Assembly (NCBI GenBank): GCA_963836235.1
Contig: CAWIIP010000002.1
Span: 1,856,001-1,920,000 of the forward strand
Source: an uncultured Pseudomonadota bacterium
Lineage (GTDB): Bacteria; Oederibacteriota; Muellerivitia; Muellerivitales; Muellerivitaceae
DNA: 64,000 nt
Reading direction: 5' to 3'
Made by a program: the position numbers and the translations under genes. Every line of letters begins with the position of its first letter. The stretch's first letter is position 1. Positions 18,556 through 28,613 of the stretch are shown here, piece after piece. The notes under the pieces were generated by a model that was not told the origin of the DNA, ran no database searches, and was given only the letters and a program-made list of their open reading frames with translations.

Positions 18556-18744
18556 TTCGGGGATGAATAAGGTTTAGGGTTAACCGGAACTAAGATTTTC
18601 CCGATCCACCCAAGCTCTTTCCACTAAAACAAAAATAAGTATGAATGTTTTGTCCACGACGGTAATCCGCAATAGACAATGGAAATCAACCTAAAAGATG
18701 CCTTTTGAAGTGGATGATCACAAGCCTTATTTTGGAGTATTACT

Positions 18745-19344
18745 TTGAACGACGAAAAAAAGATTCAATTCCCGCCTAAATACCTTGAGATTTTAAAGGC
18801 AACCGAGGCAATGGATTTTAAGATGAGCTCCGACGTCCCGACGGGCAATTTGTTGCAAACCTTGGCGGCCACAAAACCCAAAGGTCGGTTTTTGGAGATC
18901 GGGACGGGCACGGGATTATCGACCGCATGGATATTGAGCGGGATGGATTCCCAATCAACCTTGTTATCAGTTGATAACAACCCGGATTTAAGTTCCATGG
19001 CGAAACAATTTTTAGGTTTCGACTCGAGGCTGAATCTTCGAGTAGCGGATGGTGGGGAATTCATTAAATCCTTGGTGGGCCAAACATTTGATTTTATTTT
19101 TGCCGATTCCTGGCCCGGAAAATATAACACCTTGGAAGAAACCCTTCGTCTCGTGGCTCTTGGCGGATTTTATGTCGTTGACGACATGCTGCCTCAGCCC
19201 AATTGGCCGGAAGGGCATCCTCAAGCCGTTGACGAATTGCTCCGAAAATTGGACGCGTTAAAAGATTTTCATGTTTGTAAGATGAATTGGTCCACCGGAT
19301 TGGTTCTGTGCGCGCGAAAAATGGAAGTATTGTTGGGTAAATAA
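18745..19344 (+). CDS. class I SAM-dependent O-methyltransferase
   Basis: FLEIGTGTGLS, FDFIFADSWPGKY, VVDDM. Confidence 0.92.
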   Translation: MNDEKKIQFPPKYLEILKATEAMDFKMSSDVPTGNLLQTLAATKPKGRFLEIGTGTGLSTAWILSGMDSQSTLLSVDNNPDLSSMAKQFLGFDSRLNLRVADGGEFIKSLVGQTFDFIFADSWPGKYNTLEETLRLVALGGFYVVDDMLPQPNWPEGHPQAVDELLRKLDALKDFHVCKMNWSTGLVLCARKMEVLLGK

Positions 19345-19572
19345 GCTTAACCCTGTTCACGACGGGAGAAGCTGCATCCTCCCCAGGATGAACCCATGAA
19401 ATGGGAAGGTAATAGGTGACAGGAAAAACACGAGGGTTACTGACCAAGGAACCGAAAAAGTGGGGCAAAGGGCCGGTTTTTGACCTCATCAATATCGCCA
19501 GGCTTATCTTGAATAGTTGTTATAATAAGGAAGATCTTTTAGGGAAGTCCATTTCGTTACCGAGGTGAAAGA

Positions 19573-19866
19573 ATGATTAACCCCATCCACTCCCAAAACA
19601 AGGACAGCAAAGTAAATCCCTCTCTGGCCCCCGCTCCCGCTAATTCCACCGAAGCCCCGCCGAAGACGAAAAATTCCGCTTTCGATAATGCCATCGATCA
19701 AACCTTGGCTCAAAACCAAAGCCCAAAACCGAACAATGGAAATATCAGCCAGACTCAACCCAAAGGATCGCAAGAGAAAGCCATTCCGACTCCCCCGCCG
19801 CCGCCCGTGAAACCGCAGTCGACGGGGAATGAAAACAATGGCATGAACCTGAACAAACTCATCTAA
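19573..19866 (+). CDS. hypothetical low-complexity Pro/Gln/Asn-rich protein
   Basis: GAGGTG SD; followed by a terminator. Confidence 0.6.
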   Translation: MINPIHSQNKDSKVNPSLAPAPANSTEAPPKTKNSAFDNAIDQTLAQNQSPKPNNGNISQTQPKGSQEKAIPTPPPPPVKPQSTGNENNGMNLNKLI

Positions 19867-19908
19867 CCTGCGAGAATGTTTTGAATTTAGATTTCAGTCA
19901 AATCCTTC

Positions 19909-19937
19909 AAGCTCCGGGCAACTCCGGGGCTTTTTTT
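19909..19937 (+). terminator. intrinsic terminator
   Basis: AAGCTCCGG-GCAACT-CCGGGGCTTTTTTT. Confidence 0.8.
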
Positions 19938-20016
19938 GTTCCCGGATGTCGTTGGGTAAGGGGTAGTTTAAAAAACTATGTAAAGGTTTGGGCGGCATGA
20001 AATACCCCAAAAATAA

Positions 20017-20745
20017 ATGAACATCATTTTGTATTCTCTTTCGATTTCCTTGTTCGACAGCCTATCGACGACCCTGCAAATTATTATTTTCATCTTGTTG
20101 CTGACAACGGCCGACCCGGTCCGTAACGCCTTGTATTACCTGGCCGGGTTGAGCGGGGCCTACTTTCTTTGCGGGGTGGCGGGTTACCTGACACTGGACG
20201 AGCTGCGCCTTTTCCTGGGGCGTTTTTTCCCCTCTCCTTCCGCCATTCCCAATTCGATTTATTACCAATCGGAATTTTTGACGGGTCTGGTGATGGTGGG
20301 GCTGGCGATTTGGTTTTATTACCGGAAAAAAAACCAGGGCTGGAGCTGGACGGAAAATAAAATTCTTTCCAAACTGAGTTTCATGAAGGGCTGGATCGCC
20401 TTTTGGGTGGGCTTGTTTATGTCGGTCTCGTCCTTTCCCGTTTCCGTTCCCTACCTGGTGGTGCTGGGCCGCTACGCGACACTTCACCTGGAACTTCCCG
20501 CCGCCGCCGGGTTTATTTTGATTTACAACATCGGCTACGCATTGCCGATGCTCCTGATATTGGGGGCCTACCTGACGGTTCTGCGCAAGACCAAGGGCTA
20601 TCAAGAGGACCTGCATGAAAAAGCCAAAATCCTGAATGTTTATCTCACGACCTGGACCCTGGTGGGTTTCGGGATCTTTTCCATGGCCGACGCGGGATGC
20701 TACTTCATCCTGGGGCAGGCCTTGCTGAAAGAACGGTTTTTTTAA
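20017..20745 (+). CDS. GAP/Sap family (LysE-like) membrane protein
   Basis: DSLS N-terminal motif; P.SVPYL; IYNIGYALP; 6 TM. Confidence 0.75.
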   Translation: MNIILYSLSISLFDSLSTTLQIIIFILLLTTADPVRNALYYLAGLSGAYFLCGVAGYLTLDELRLFLGRFFPSPSAIPNSIYYQSEFLTGLVMVGLAIWFYYRKKNQGWSWTENKILSKLSFMKGWIAFWVGLFMSVSSFPVSVPYLVVLGRYATLHLELPAAAGFILIYNIGYALPMLLILGAYLTVLRKTKGYQEDLHEKAKILNVYLTTWTLVGFGIFSMADAGCYFILGQALLKERFF

Positions 20746-20937
20746 TTCAACAAAGTGTTGAGAAAATAGGTTCTTTTGGACTTCTTTAACGTCCTCGTAA
20801 TGAGATTCAATACTGTTTAGGCTGGGTGCTCATTTCCCCGAAAACGCAAAAATGGAAAAATAGGTAAAGCCGTACCATAATAACTTCCATCAAAAGGGGA
20901 AGGCCGTTCTCAAACGATTTTTTAGAGAGGAAGGATC

Positions 20938-21186
20938 ATGAAAGATAAAAAAGCGAAGAAGCTTTTTAAAGAAGCGAAAAAGCTGGTGAAAAAGATTAAA
21001 AAGCACGGCAAAGAGGGCGAGGCTCTTTTGAAGGAAATCAAAAAGCTTTTGGAGCCGGGCAAAGCTGATCCTCCCGCCAAGAAAACCGCCAAAAAACTGC
21101 CGGCCAAAGCCGCGGCCCCGAAAAAAAGCGGGACCCCACTCAAGGCGGAGCCATCCTCGGCCCCGGGAAGCGCGCCACTGGCCTGA
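20938..21186 (+). CDS. Lys/Ala-rich basic protein (histone H1-like low complexity)
   Basis: AGAGGA SD; KKAKK and PAKK repeats. Confidence 0.6.
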   Translation: MKDKKAKKLFKEAKKLVKKIKKHGKEGEALLKEIKKLLEPGKADPPAKKTAKKLPAKAAAPKKSGTPLKAEPSSAPGSAPLA

Positions 21187-21232
21187 GAAGTCGGTTCGCT
21201 TAGTCCGAAAAGTTAATCATCCCCCTTTCTTT

Positions 21233-21595
21233 TTATTTAGCGGGAGACACCAACACGTAGGACAACTCCACCATCTTGCGGATCAGACTGTCCGGAAGGG
21301 AACCATCCAGGGTGATGGTGTTCCAATGCCTTTTGTTCATGTGATAGCCGGGTTGAATGGCGGGATATTGTTTGCGCAGCGTCTGTGCCCAAAGTGGATC
21401 ACATTTTAAATTGGCGTACCAGACACTCTCTTCCAGGGACAATGTGGCGAACATCTTGCCCTTGGTTTTATAGACCGCGACCTGGGGGCCAAAAGGAAAG
21501 GTTTCCAAAGACCCCGGTTTCGTCAAAAACAGTTTTCGGTATTTGTGACAGATTCTTCCCGTAAAAGGAGAGGAAGGGATTCGGGCGCTTTTCAT
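21233..21595 (-). CDS. MmcQ/YjbR family DNA-binding protein
   Basis: FPFG, GKMFA, NLKCDP, PGYHMNKRHWNTI, SY.LV. Confidence 0.95.
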   Translation of the reverse strand: MKSARIPSSPFTGRICHKYRKLFLTKPGSLETFPFGPQVAVYKTKGKMFATLSLEESVWYANLKCDPLWAQTLRKQYPAIQPGYHMNKRHWNTITLDGSLPDSLIRKMVELSYVLVSPAK

Positions 21596-21632
21596 AGGGG
21601 TTATTCTGATGGTTTTCGCGGATTGGGGAAAT

Positions 21633-21663
21633 AAAAAAGGAGGGCGGATACGCCCTCCTTTTT
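21633..21663. terminator. intrinsic terminator downstream of hsp20 (bidirectional-looking)
   Basis: AAAAAAGGAGGGCG-GATA-CGCCCTCCTTTTT. Confidence 0.88.
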
Positions 21664-21693
21664 ACGAAGGCCTAACGGGGAAGCCCCGCCGGC

Positions 21694-22158
21694 TTAATTT
21701 ATTTTAATCTCCACGTTCTTTTCCTTGGCTTCCTCGGCCTTGGGAACGGTCACCGTGAGGATTCCATCCTTGAAAGCCGCGGCCACCTTGTCCGCCTTGA
21801 TCCCGTTGGGGAGGACAAAGCTGCGCTGGAAGGAGCCGTAATAGCTTTCCACGCGGTGGTACTTCTTGTCCTCGTGCTTGGCCTCGGACTTTTTCTCGCC
21901 GGAAATGGTGAGGACGTTATTGTTGACCGCGATCTTTGTGTCCTCTTTTTTCATCCCCGGTATTTCCGCGCGAATGGTGTATTCCTGCGGCGTTTCCGAG
22001 ATATCCACCGTCGGGAAAAGCTCACCGCCCTTGATCGGAAATTCCCAGTCCTTCGGGAAATCCAGGAAGCCGTCGAACATCTGCCGGATGTTCTTGTCCA
22101 AGCCCCAGGGCCGCCAGAGCGATCTTTCTTCCGCTGGTTCGTATTTAATTATGGCCAT
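21694..22158 (-). CDS. Hsp20/alpha-crystallin small heat shock protein
   Basis: PTVDISET, AEIPG, LTISGEK, YGSFQRSF.LP, AFKDGIL. Confidence 0.96.
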   Translation of the reverse strand: MAIIKYEPAEERSLWRPWGLDKNIRQMFDGFLDFPKDWEFPIKGGELFPTVDISETPQEYTIRAEIPGMKKEDTKIAVNNNVLTISGEKKSEAKHEDKKYHRVESYYGSFQRSFVLPNGIKADKVAAAFKDGILTVTVPKAEEAKEKNVEIKIN

Positions 22159-22418
22159 AATCCACCTCCTTGTTTTTGGTTCTTGATTCCATTATTAGGA
22201 CTAGCGGAAAAAAATTTCCATGATCCGGATCACAAAAAAATAATTTCACCTTTCAGTCACTTGAAACGATTCGCCGTAAACCCGGGGTTTCCGTTAAGAG
22301 GATGGGGTTTAAACCGATTTCCGGGAAAACCACAAACCTAATCGGGATCATAAACCATTGAATTTTTTTAAATAAGATGGCTAGAATTCAATTAAGCGAT
22401 TTTCAAGGGGGTGAAAAT

Positions 22419-22595
22419 ATGGCAAAGCTAAAAGAAAAAGAATCCGCGGCCAAATTCAAAATGGAAGTGACCGAGGAAAACGTCGAGCTGGCGGCTTATT
22501 ATCATTGGCTGGAAAGGGGATGCCCTTCCGATGATCCCCTGACGGATTGGTTGGAAGTGGAGAAAAAGTTTCCGGCACCCCACCGACACAATTAA
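22419..22595 (+). CDS. DUF2934 domain protein
   Basis: LAAYYHWLERG...DWLEVE. Confidence 0.85.
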   Translation: MAKLKEKESAAKFKMEVTEENVELAAYYHWLERGCPSDDPLTDWLEVEKKFPAPHRHN

Positions 22596-22616
22596 AACCG
22601 ATAATCGAAATGGATT

Positions 22617-22724
22617 GAACCACCCTGACGCTAAGGGAACCAAGAAAAACAAAGATCAAATTTAAAATATTTTTAAATATTTTCGGCTTTGATTGACCTT
22701 GGCGCCCTTAGCGTTGGGTGGTTC
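22617..22724. repeat. palindromic intergenic element (copy 1), long imperfect terminal inverted repeats around an AT-rich core
   Basis: GAACCACCCTGACGCTAAGGGAACCAAG ... CTTGGCGCCCTTAGCGTTGGGTGGTTC. Confidence 0.75.
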
Positions 22725-22764
22725 GAAAGTTCTTTTCCCTTGGAAGTCCAATCATCGTGGAGGC

Positions 22765-23613
22765 TTAAGCGAAATTTCCCGTCTGGTAGTCGCTAAAAGC
22801 CTTCTTCACCTCGCCCACGGTGTTCATGACGAAGGGGCCTCCCCTAGCGACCGGCTCATTTAACTTTTGGGCCGAGGCGAAAAGGAAATGGAGAGGCTTG
22901 TCCCCGTCGGATTGGATTTTCACCCTATCCCCTTCCCCGAAAACTCCCAGGTAACCGGTTTTTACGTAAGAAGGCACCTCCCCGGAGCCCGTTTTAGCCT
23001 TGCCTTCGATGACATAAAGAAAGGCGTTCTGGTTCGCCGGCGCTGGCGCGGCGAAAAGCTTTCCCGGTTCCAACTTGATGTCCAAGTAAGTGAAGGGAAT
23101 GAAAGACCGGCCGGGGCTTTGAACGCCCTCATACTCGCCCGCCAGGACTTTCACCCGCCGCCCGTCTTTCTCGAATACCGGCAGCTTCTCGGAAGGGATG
23201 TCCTGGTATTTAGGCTCGGTCATCTTGAGTTTGGCGGGCAGATTCAGCCATAGCTGGTAACCCCAGGCCAAGCCGTCGGTTTGCTCCGGCATCTCGCTGT
23301 GGATCAGTCCTTTCCCGGCGGTCATCCATTGGACGGAACCGGCGGTCAAATGGCCCTCGTGCCCCTTGGAATCGCGGTGGGTAAAGGCTCCCGCCATCAT
23401 GTAGGTGACGGTCTCAAAACCCCGGTGAGGATGGTCCGGAAAGCCGGCGGCATAATCATCCGGGTTGTCATTTTTGAATTCATCCAGGAGTAAAAACGGA
23501 TCCAACATATTGATCTCGGGGGAGCCGAGGATGCGCTTAAGTTTCACGCCCGCCCCGTCGGAAGTATCCATACCCCGGATGATTTGAGTGATGTTACGGT
23601 CGGTTGTTTCCAT
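22765..23613 (-). CDS. pirin family protein
   Basis: DPFLLLDEF, GFPDHPHRGFETVTY, QWMTAGKGLIHSEMP, GPFVMNT; start METTD after AAGGAG. Confidence 0.96.
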   Translation of the reverse strand: METTDRNITQIIRGMDTSDGAGVKLKRILGSPEINMLDPFLLLDEFKNDNPDDYAAGFPDHPHRGFETVTYMMAGAFTHRDSKGHEGHLTAGSVQWMTAGKGLIHSEMPEQTDGLAWGYQLWLNLPAKLKMTEPKYQDIPSEKLPVFEKDGRRVKVLAGEYEGVQSPGRSFIPFTYLDIKLEPGKLFAAPAPANQNAFLYVIEGKAKTGSGEVPSYVKTGYLGVFGEGDRVKIQSDGDKPLHFLFASAQKLNEPVARGGPFVMNTVGEVKKAFSDYQTGNFA

Positions 23614-23705
23614 GGCGATCTCCTTTTGATCCCAAACCATAGGGAAAAAAGGCCTTTGCGTCCAGGCATGGTTTTCAATAACCGGTAACCGCCGGGAAAG
23701 GGGTC

Positions 23706-24152
23706 CTAGGCCTTGAGCCACAGCCTGATTTCGACCGGAAAACCGTCCACCTCCAGGCTGCAAGCCGAGGCGGGGGCCGCTTGGGGCCAATCCTGTGGGA
23801 TCGAGCGGAAAGGGTGGATGGGACCGATTTCAAAAAGATGGGGGTGCCAGAAATCGTGAAAAAGATATAGGCAGAACAGCGATATCAATTCCTCGTACAC
23901 TTCCTCCTCGGGATAACGGCCCAAAGGGCTGTTGTCCCTCTGGCTTCTCAAGTGCACCGCGAAATCCCGCGTGCTTCGGACCACCAGGAGGCCATTCAAG
24001 GCTCCCGTTAAGGTGACCATTCTTTCCAAGGGGAGTTCGGTGATTTGCCCCTCGGGTGCGCCCAACCGCCGGATCTGCCGGGCGTCCCAGGACCGGATAA
24101 TCCTTTCGAAAGGCCGGACCAAATCGATGGTATGAAGACCTGAAAAGCCCAT
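23706..24152 (-). CDS. hypothetical protein, CheX/CheC-like fold (paralog 2)
   Basis: V.LTGALNGLLVVRS...EELISLF...F.IGPI.P...V...PVEIRLWL; similar to the adjacent gene. Confidence 0.55.
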   Translation of the reverse strand: MGFSGLHTIDLVRPFERIIRSWDARQIRRLGAPEGQITELPLERMVTLTGALNGLLVVRSTRDFAVHLRSQRDNSPLGRYPEEEVYEELISLFCLYLFHDFWHPHLFEIGPIHPFRSIPQDWPQAAPASACSLEVDGFPVEIRLWLKA

Positions 24153-24178
24153 GTGGATTGTCTCCTTTAGGCCGATCA

Positions 24179-24712
24179 TCATGATCCGAGGTTCCTTACG
24201 GCCAAGATGGGGTTGTGAGCGCCCGCCGGATCGAGCCAAAGGCGGATTTCCACGGGTTCCGAATCCACCGTCACCGCGCAAAAAGCGTGGGACTCGGCCA
24301 TCGGCGGCCGGTCTTTCGGTTCACAAGGCCGGGCCAGAATGGGACCCAGGCTGAAAGCGTCATCCATCCAGATCGATTGAATTAAAAAGAGAGAGAAAAG
24401 GGACGCCATTTCTCCGAAGAGGGCGGCCTTGTTCGGAAAATCCTTATCCCGATCTTGGAAACCTTCCATCAGTTTGTCCAAAAGACGGTTTGAGCAGCGG
24501 ATGGTCAAGGCCCCTTTGACCGAACCATTCCATCGAACGATGAATTCGACCGGCTTCAGCGCGGGGAGAACCGGCACCCTATCCGAGATATCGGTCCCAA
24601 GACGGCTCCAGTAGGCCATAAATTCCCGGAAGAGAACCTTTAATTCGAGTGTTCGTGGAAAGGTGAGGGGAATCCGGTGTGTGAGCGCGTCGGAAAGCAG
24701 GTTGGTTGGCAT
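24179..24712 (-). CDS. hypothetical protein, CheX/CheC-like fold (paralog 1)
   Basis: VRWNGSVKGALTIRC...GEMASLF...FSLGPI...VDSEPVEIRLWL. Confidence 0.55.
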   Translation of the reverse strand: MPTNLLSDALTHRIPLTFPRTLELKVLFREFMAYWSRLGTDISDRVPVLPALKPVEFIVRWNGSVKGALTIRCSNRLLDKLMEGFQDRDKDFPNKAALFGEMASLFSLFLIQSIWMDDAFSLGPILARPCEPKDRPPMAESHAFCAVTVDSEPVEIRLWLDPAGAHNPILAVRNLGS

Positions 24713-24754
24713 TTTCATTCTCCCTTGGGTTGAAGGACTCATGCCTTATTCATC

Positions 24755-24770
24755 GCAAGAGTGGTGCCAA
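24755..24770 (-). promoter_or_regulatory. sigma54 (-24/-12) promoter
   Basis: Minus strand TTGGCAC-CACTC-TTGC is an exact match to TGGCAC-N5-TTGC, about 43 nt upstream of the start. Confidence 0.75.
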
Positions 24771-24996
24771 AAAGAATTCAAGGTTCAATCGATTTACCGG
24801 GGAAGGAGCCGCCTTAAAAAGCGTTTTCTTTTCCCACGCGGGTAAAAAAGACGCAGGAGGTTTTCAAAGGTTTGGGGTGAAACCGAAAACTTATTGTTGG
24901 TGGGGAGATGAGGATGGATTGGAGCTATTCACGAAGAAGAGATCCCGCTTTTCAGGGAGACAAACTTCAAGATTCTTGGAGATAACAGCATTTTGT

Positions 24997-25830
24997 TCAG
25001 GCCAGCATCCAAACCGCGACCGAGGCGGCCAAGCAGTAGAAACCAAACCAGGGCCAGCGGCCCCTTTCCAACCAACTGGAAAGCCACTTCAAAGCCAGGA
25101 GGCCGGCCAGGAAGCTGAAGGCCATGCCCAAAAATCCAGGGGAAAAGAGGCCGATCTTTTCTCCCAAGGAGAGGCCGGAAAAGGCGTGGGCCTTCATCAG
25201 GCGGTGAATTTCCTTCCAATCTGCGGCGGGCGTCAAAACGACCGCCAGGGCGAAACTGAAATCCTCCGCTTTGGCTTTGGCTAGGCCGAGGATCAGCCCG
25301 GTGGAAATGGTGGCGCCGGAGCGGGAAAAACCGCGGAAAGGGAGGCAAAGCCCCTGGACCAGGCCGATCCAGAGGGATTCCTTCGGCCCTAGCCCTTTTT
25401 TCCCACGGGAGGTTTCCTGGAAGCCGGAAGCGAAAAGGATCAGGCAACCGGCGGCCCCCAGGGAAACGGAAATCAGCTTGAGATTGCCGAAGATCGTTTC
25501 CACATCGGCCTGGACCAGCTTTTCAATCAGGACCGTCAAGCCACCGCCCAGCAGGGCGGTGGCCAGGGTCGCCAGGAAGACCTGCTTGCCGAAGGCCAGG
25601 GTATCGGAAACAGATTGGAAATAGCGGGACCGCCAATTTTTCCAAAAATAAAAAAGCACGGCGAACATGGTTCCGGTATGGAGCATGACTAATAGAAGGG
25701 TCATTTCCGGGGAGGTGGGATCCATGCCCATTAACTTTTCCGCGACGATGACGTGGGCGGAACTGGAAATCGGTAGTAGTTCGGCGAATCCCTGAACTAA
25801 AGCCAAGACTAAGATTTGAAGTAAATGCAT
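24997..25830 (-). CDS. uppP: undecaprenyl-diphosphate phosphatase
   Basis: QGFAELLPISSSAH, HTGT, GFSRSGATI. Confidence 0.93.
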   Translation of the reverse strand: MHLLQILVLALVQGFAELLPISSSAHVIVAEKLMGMDPTSPEMTLLLVMLHTGTMFAVLFYFWKNWRSRYFQSVSDTLAFGKQVFLATLATALLGGGLTVLIEKLVQADVETIFGNLKLISVSLGAAGCLILFASGFQETSRGKKGLGPKESLWIGLVQGLCLPFRGFSRSGATISTGLILGLAKAKAEDFSFALAVVLTPAADWKEIHRLMKAHAFSGLSLGEKIGLFSPGFLGMAFSFLAGLLALKWLSSWLERGRWPWFGFYCLAASVAVWMLA

Positions 25831-26036
25831 TTTTTTCTTTATCGTTAAGGATTGAGCGACAGGGGCACTATTTCACCCTGAAAGGGTAAAAGCGCAAAGC
25901 GAAATCATTTCAAAATTGACATTGAAAACTTGACAGATATCCGCTTTCTAGGCGTTTTTTTAAGGCCCATGTTAACAAAAGGTGAAATATCGCCTCAAGT
26001 CCTTACGGGGTCCTTTACAGGAGGTTCCTGCTGAAA

Positions 26037-27053
26037 TTAAATAGCTCCCGCCGATTTCCGCCATTGGTCGAGCACCTTCATGTTGCCAAGGGTGTCGGCC
26101 AAGGTCATGGCGGGAGATTCCTTGCGTCCCGCCCGCAGAGCAGCGCCCACGGTATCCGCTTCCACGGCATAGAGCATGCGGTCACAATGCACGGACAATT
26201 TCCGGGGTTTCTTTTCGTTTTTCTTTTGGACCAGGATATACGAAACTCCGCCGCCCCACCGGGCGAACCAGGGGGAGGGCACGGTTATCGTTCCCTTGGA
26301 TCCGTCGATTTTTACCATGGACTGCCCGCGATTGACCCGGATGGCGCAGGAAAGCTCGGCCAGGATGCCGCCGGGAAACTTGAGCGAGGCGAGGGCGATT
26401 TCATCCACGCGGCTTCGGGAGCCCATGACGGCGGTGCCCTTCACTTCCAGCGGTTCGGCGAAGGGTTTCCCCAAGGAGGCGCCCGCGATCAGCCGGGTCA
26501 TGGAAACGGGGTAACAACCGATGTCCAGGATGCCCCCGCCGCCCAGGCGGCGGTTGAAGAGGCGGTGTTTCAAGTCCACCGGGGCGTCAAAACAAAAAGC
26601 GGCCTGGATCAGGCGGACCTCCCCGATGACTTTTTTACGGATGAGCTCCAACAGTTTGGCGGTCTGGGGGTGACAGCGGTACATGAAAGCTTCCATCAGG
26701 AACACCCGGTGGCGGCGGGCCGCCTGGACCACCCGGACCGTGTCCCGGTAATTCATGGTCAGCGGCTTTTCGCAAAGAACATGTTTGCCCGCTTTCGCGG
26801 CTTTGAGGGCCCATTCGGCGTGCATCGGATGGGGCGTGGCGATATAGACGGCTTCCACGGAAGGGTCTTTCAAGAGGTCGCCGTAAGTTCCATAGGCCTT
26901 GGGGATTTTATACCGGCGTGCGAATTTTTGGGCCGGCCGGATCGAGCGGCTGGCCACCGCCGCCAAGCGGCCGGTCCGGGAAGCGGCCACCCCGCGAGCG
27001 AAGATTTTCGCGATATGGCCGGTGGTCAATATTCCCCATTGGATAGGTTTCAT
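26037..27053 (-). CDS. Gfo/Idh/MocA family oxidoreductase
   Basis: WGILTTGHIA, VYIATPHPMH, KHVLCEKP, GGGILDIGCY. Confidence 0.94.
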   Translation of the reverse strand: MKPIQWGILTTGHIAKIFARGVAASRTGRLAAVASRSIRPAQKFARRYKIPKAYGTYGDLLKDPSVEAVYIATPHPMHAEWALKAAKAGKHVLCEKPLTMNYRDTVRVVQAARRHRVFLMEAFMYRCHPQTAKLLELIRKKVIGEVRLIQAAFCFDAPVDLKHRLFNRRLGGGGILDIGCYPVSMTRLIAGASLGKPFAEPLEVKGTAVMGSRSRVDEIALASLKFPGGILAELSCAIRVNRGQSMVKIDGSKGTITVPSPWFARWGGGVSYILVQKKNEKKPRKLSVHCDRMLYAVEADTVGAALRAGRKESPAMTLADTLGNMKVLDQWRKSAGAI

Positions 27054-27064
27054 TTTTCCCCCTG

Positions 27065-28489
27065 TCAGCGAACGATCGCGAATTTTTCGGGCTTCAACCG
27101 GCGGCTGCCTGAAGCGGAGTCCAACTGGAAGAAATAGTAATAAACCCCGTGGGACCATCCCGAAACCTGCAGGACAAAGTCGTTGGGCCCCTGAGTCGCG
27201 GAAAAGGAGGCCCGGCCTACCTTTTCGCCCGCCGTATTGTAGATAAGAAGGGTGGCCTGGGCCGCTTCGCAAAGGTGCAGGTGTATTTTCAGGGTGTTTC
27301 CAACGATGGGATTGGGATAGGCGTAACTTTCATCGCAAGGAACGTCGGGCGCAGCGGATGTGCTGGTGGACAGGGTCGCGGTTGGCGTAAAAGAGGCGGT
27401 GGGAGTGGCGCTGTTGGTAGGCGTGGGCGTGACGGTTGGGCTGGCGGTGACCGTGAAGGTAGGAGTGAGGGTGGTGGTTGAGGTTGGGGTGAAAGTGGCC
27501 GTCGGTGTAAAAGTTGGGGTTGGAGTAGCGCTGTTGGTGGAGGTGGGCGTGACGGTTGGAGTGTTAGTGACCGTGGGAGTGGCGGTGGCCAGGGAGGAGG
27601 TTCCGCATCCCTGAAGAACGGTTACCGATCCGCCATTAAACATGCTGACGAAGGGTTGTCCCAGATCGTTCACCGCGACGCTCCAAATGCCCAGGGCGGG
27701 GAAGGGACATTGCTTTTCAACGCTGAAATCCGAGCTGAACTCGTCCAAATATTCGGGTCCGCTTCCGTTGTTGTCTTCCACCACGTAGATATTTCCGGCT
27801 GAATCGGTTCGCAAGCCGGAAGGATAGAGGAGATTGGTCAAGACGGTCACGGGTATGGGATTAGGGGGGCTCGTATTGAATTTCACGATTTGAAAATTGT
27901 AATTATCCGCTACATAAAGCCAATTACCAATTTTTGCCATATTGTCGGGGTTGTTCAATGTTCCGGGACTCCCATAGGTGGCCGCCGCTGCGTAGACGGT
28001 CGTACTGCCGTTGTATTGGAGTATTTGCCCGTTTTGGGTCGAAAGATAAACCGAGGAGGTGTCCGCCCAAACTCCGTTAGCGGTCACTCCCGCCGGTCCG
28101 ATGGCCCCTAAAAAAGTGAAATTGGAGCTAAATTTTTTAAGCGGCTGGGGTGCCCCGAGATCCGCGATAAAAAGATTGCCGTTGGCGTCCACCGCGACGT
28201 CGATAGGATTCGTAAAGGTTACCCCCGAATTAGCGCCGTTTAAAATCGTCAGCGGACTTTCGGTATCGCTGTTGAAAACCTGTATCTGTTGGTTGCCGAA
28301 ATCGGCCACGTAGAGGCGTAAGTTGGGGTAGTCAATGGCCATTCCGGCGGAGCCTAAGAAACCCGTGATTTGAGTGAGGCCCTGGCAGCAGGTGACGGTG
28401 GTTGTCGGAGTCGGGGTGAAAGACGGGACCTGGGCAAAGAGGGGGGAAGAGACCAGAAGAAAGGAAAGGAAAAAAAATAATTTAATCAA
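27065..28489 (-). CDS. secreted NHL-repeat beta-propeller with Thr/Pro linker and C-terminal sorting-like (T9SS CTD/FlgD-Ig-like) domain
   Basis: Signal peptide (TTG start inferred); P.DVAVD..GNLFIAD repeats; TPT repeats; YPNP...IYNTAGEKV...GVYYY. Confidence 0.8.
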   Translation of the reverse strand: MIKLFFFLSFLLVSSPLFAQVPSFTPTPTTTVTCCQGLTQITGFLGSAGMAIDYPNLRLYVADFGNQQIQVFNSDTESPLTILNGANSGVTFTNPIDVAVDANGNLFIADLGAPQPLKKFSSNFTFLGAIGPAGVTANGVWADTSSVYLSTQNGQILQYNGSTTVYAAAATYGSPGTLNNPDNMAKIGNWLYVADNYNFQIVKFNTSPPNPIPVTVLTNLLYPSGLRTDSAGNIYVVEDNNGSGPEYLDEFSSDFSVEKQCPFPALGIWSVAVNDLGQPFVSMFNGGSVTVLQGCGTSSLATATPTVTNTPTVTPTSTNSATPTPTFTPTATFTPTSTTTLTPTFTVTASPTVTPTPTNSATPTASFTPTATLSTSTSAAPDVPCDESYAYPNPIVGNTLKIHLHLCEAAQATLLIYNTAGEKVGRASFSATQGPNDFVLQVSGWSHGVYYYFFQLDSASGSRRLKPEKFAIVR

Positions 28490-28613
28490 AGGGACCTCAA
28501 AGATAAGAGACTTCAATAAAAGCCAATTCAAACTCATTCCAAAAAAAGCCACCCGATTGCGAATAGTTTACCCCGGTTGAGGAGCCGGATGGGATTTTGA
28601 CGGCTATTTTATC

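Noticed and set aside
22160-22260. CIRCE or HspR operator upstream of hsp20
   Set aside because: No TTAGCACTC-N9-GAGTGCTAA or CTTGAGT-N7-ACTCAAG match.
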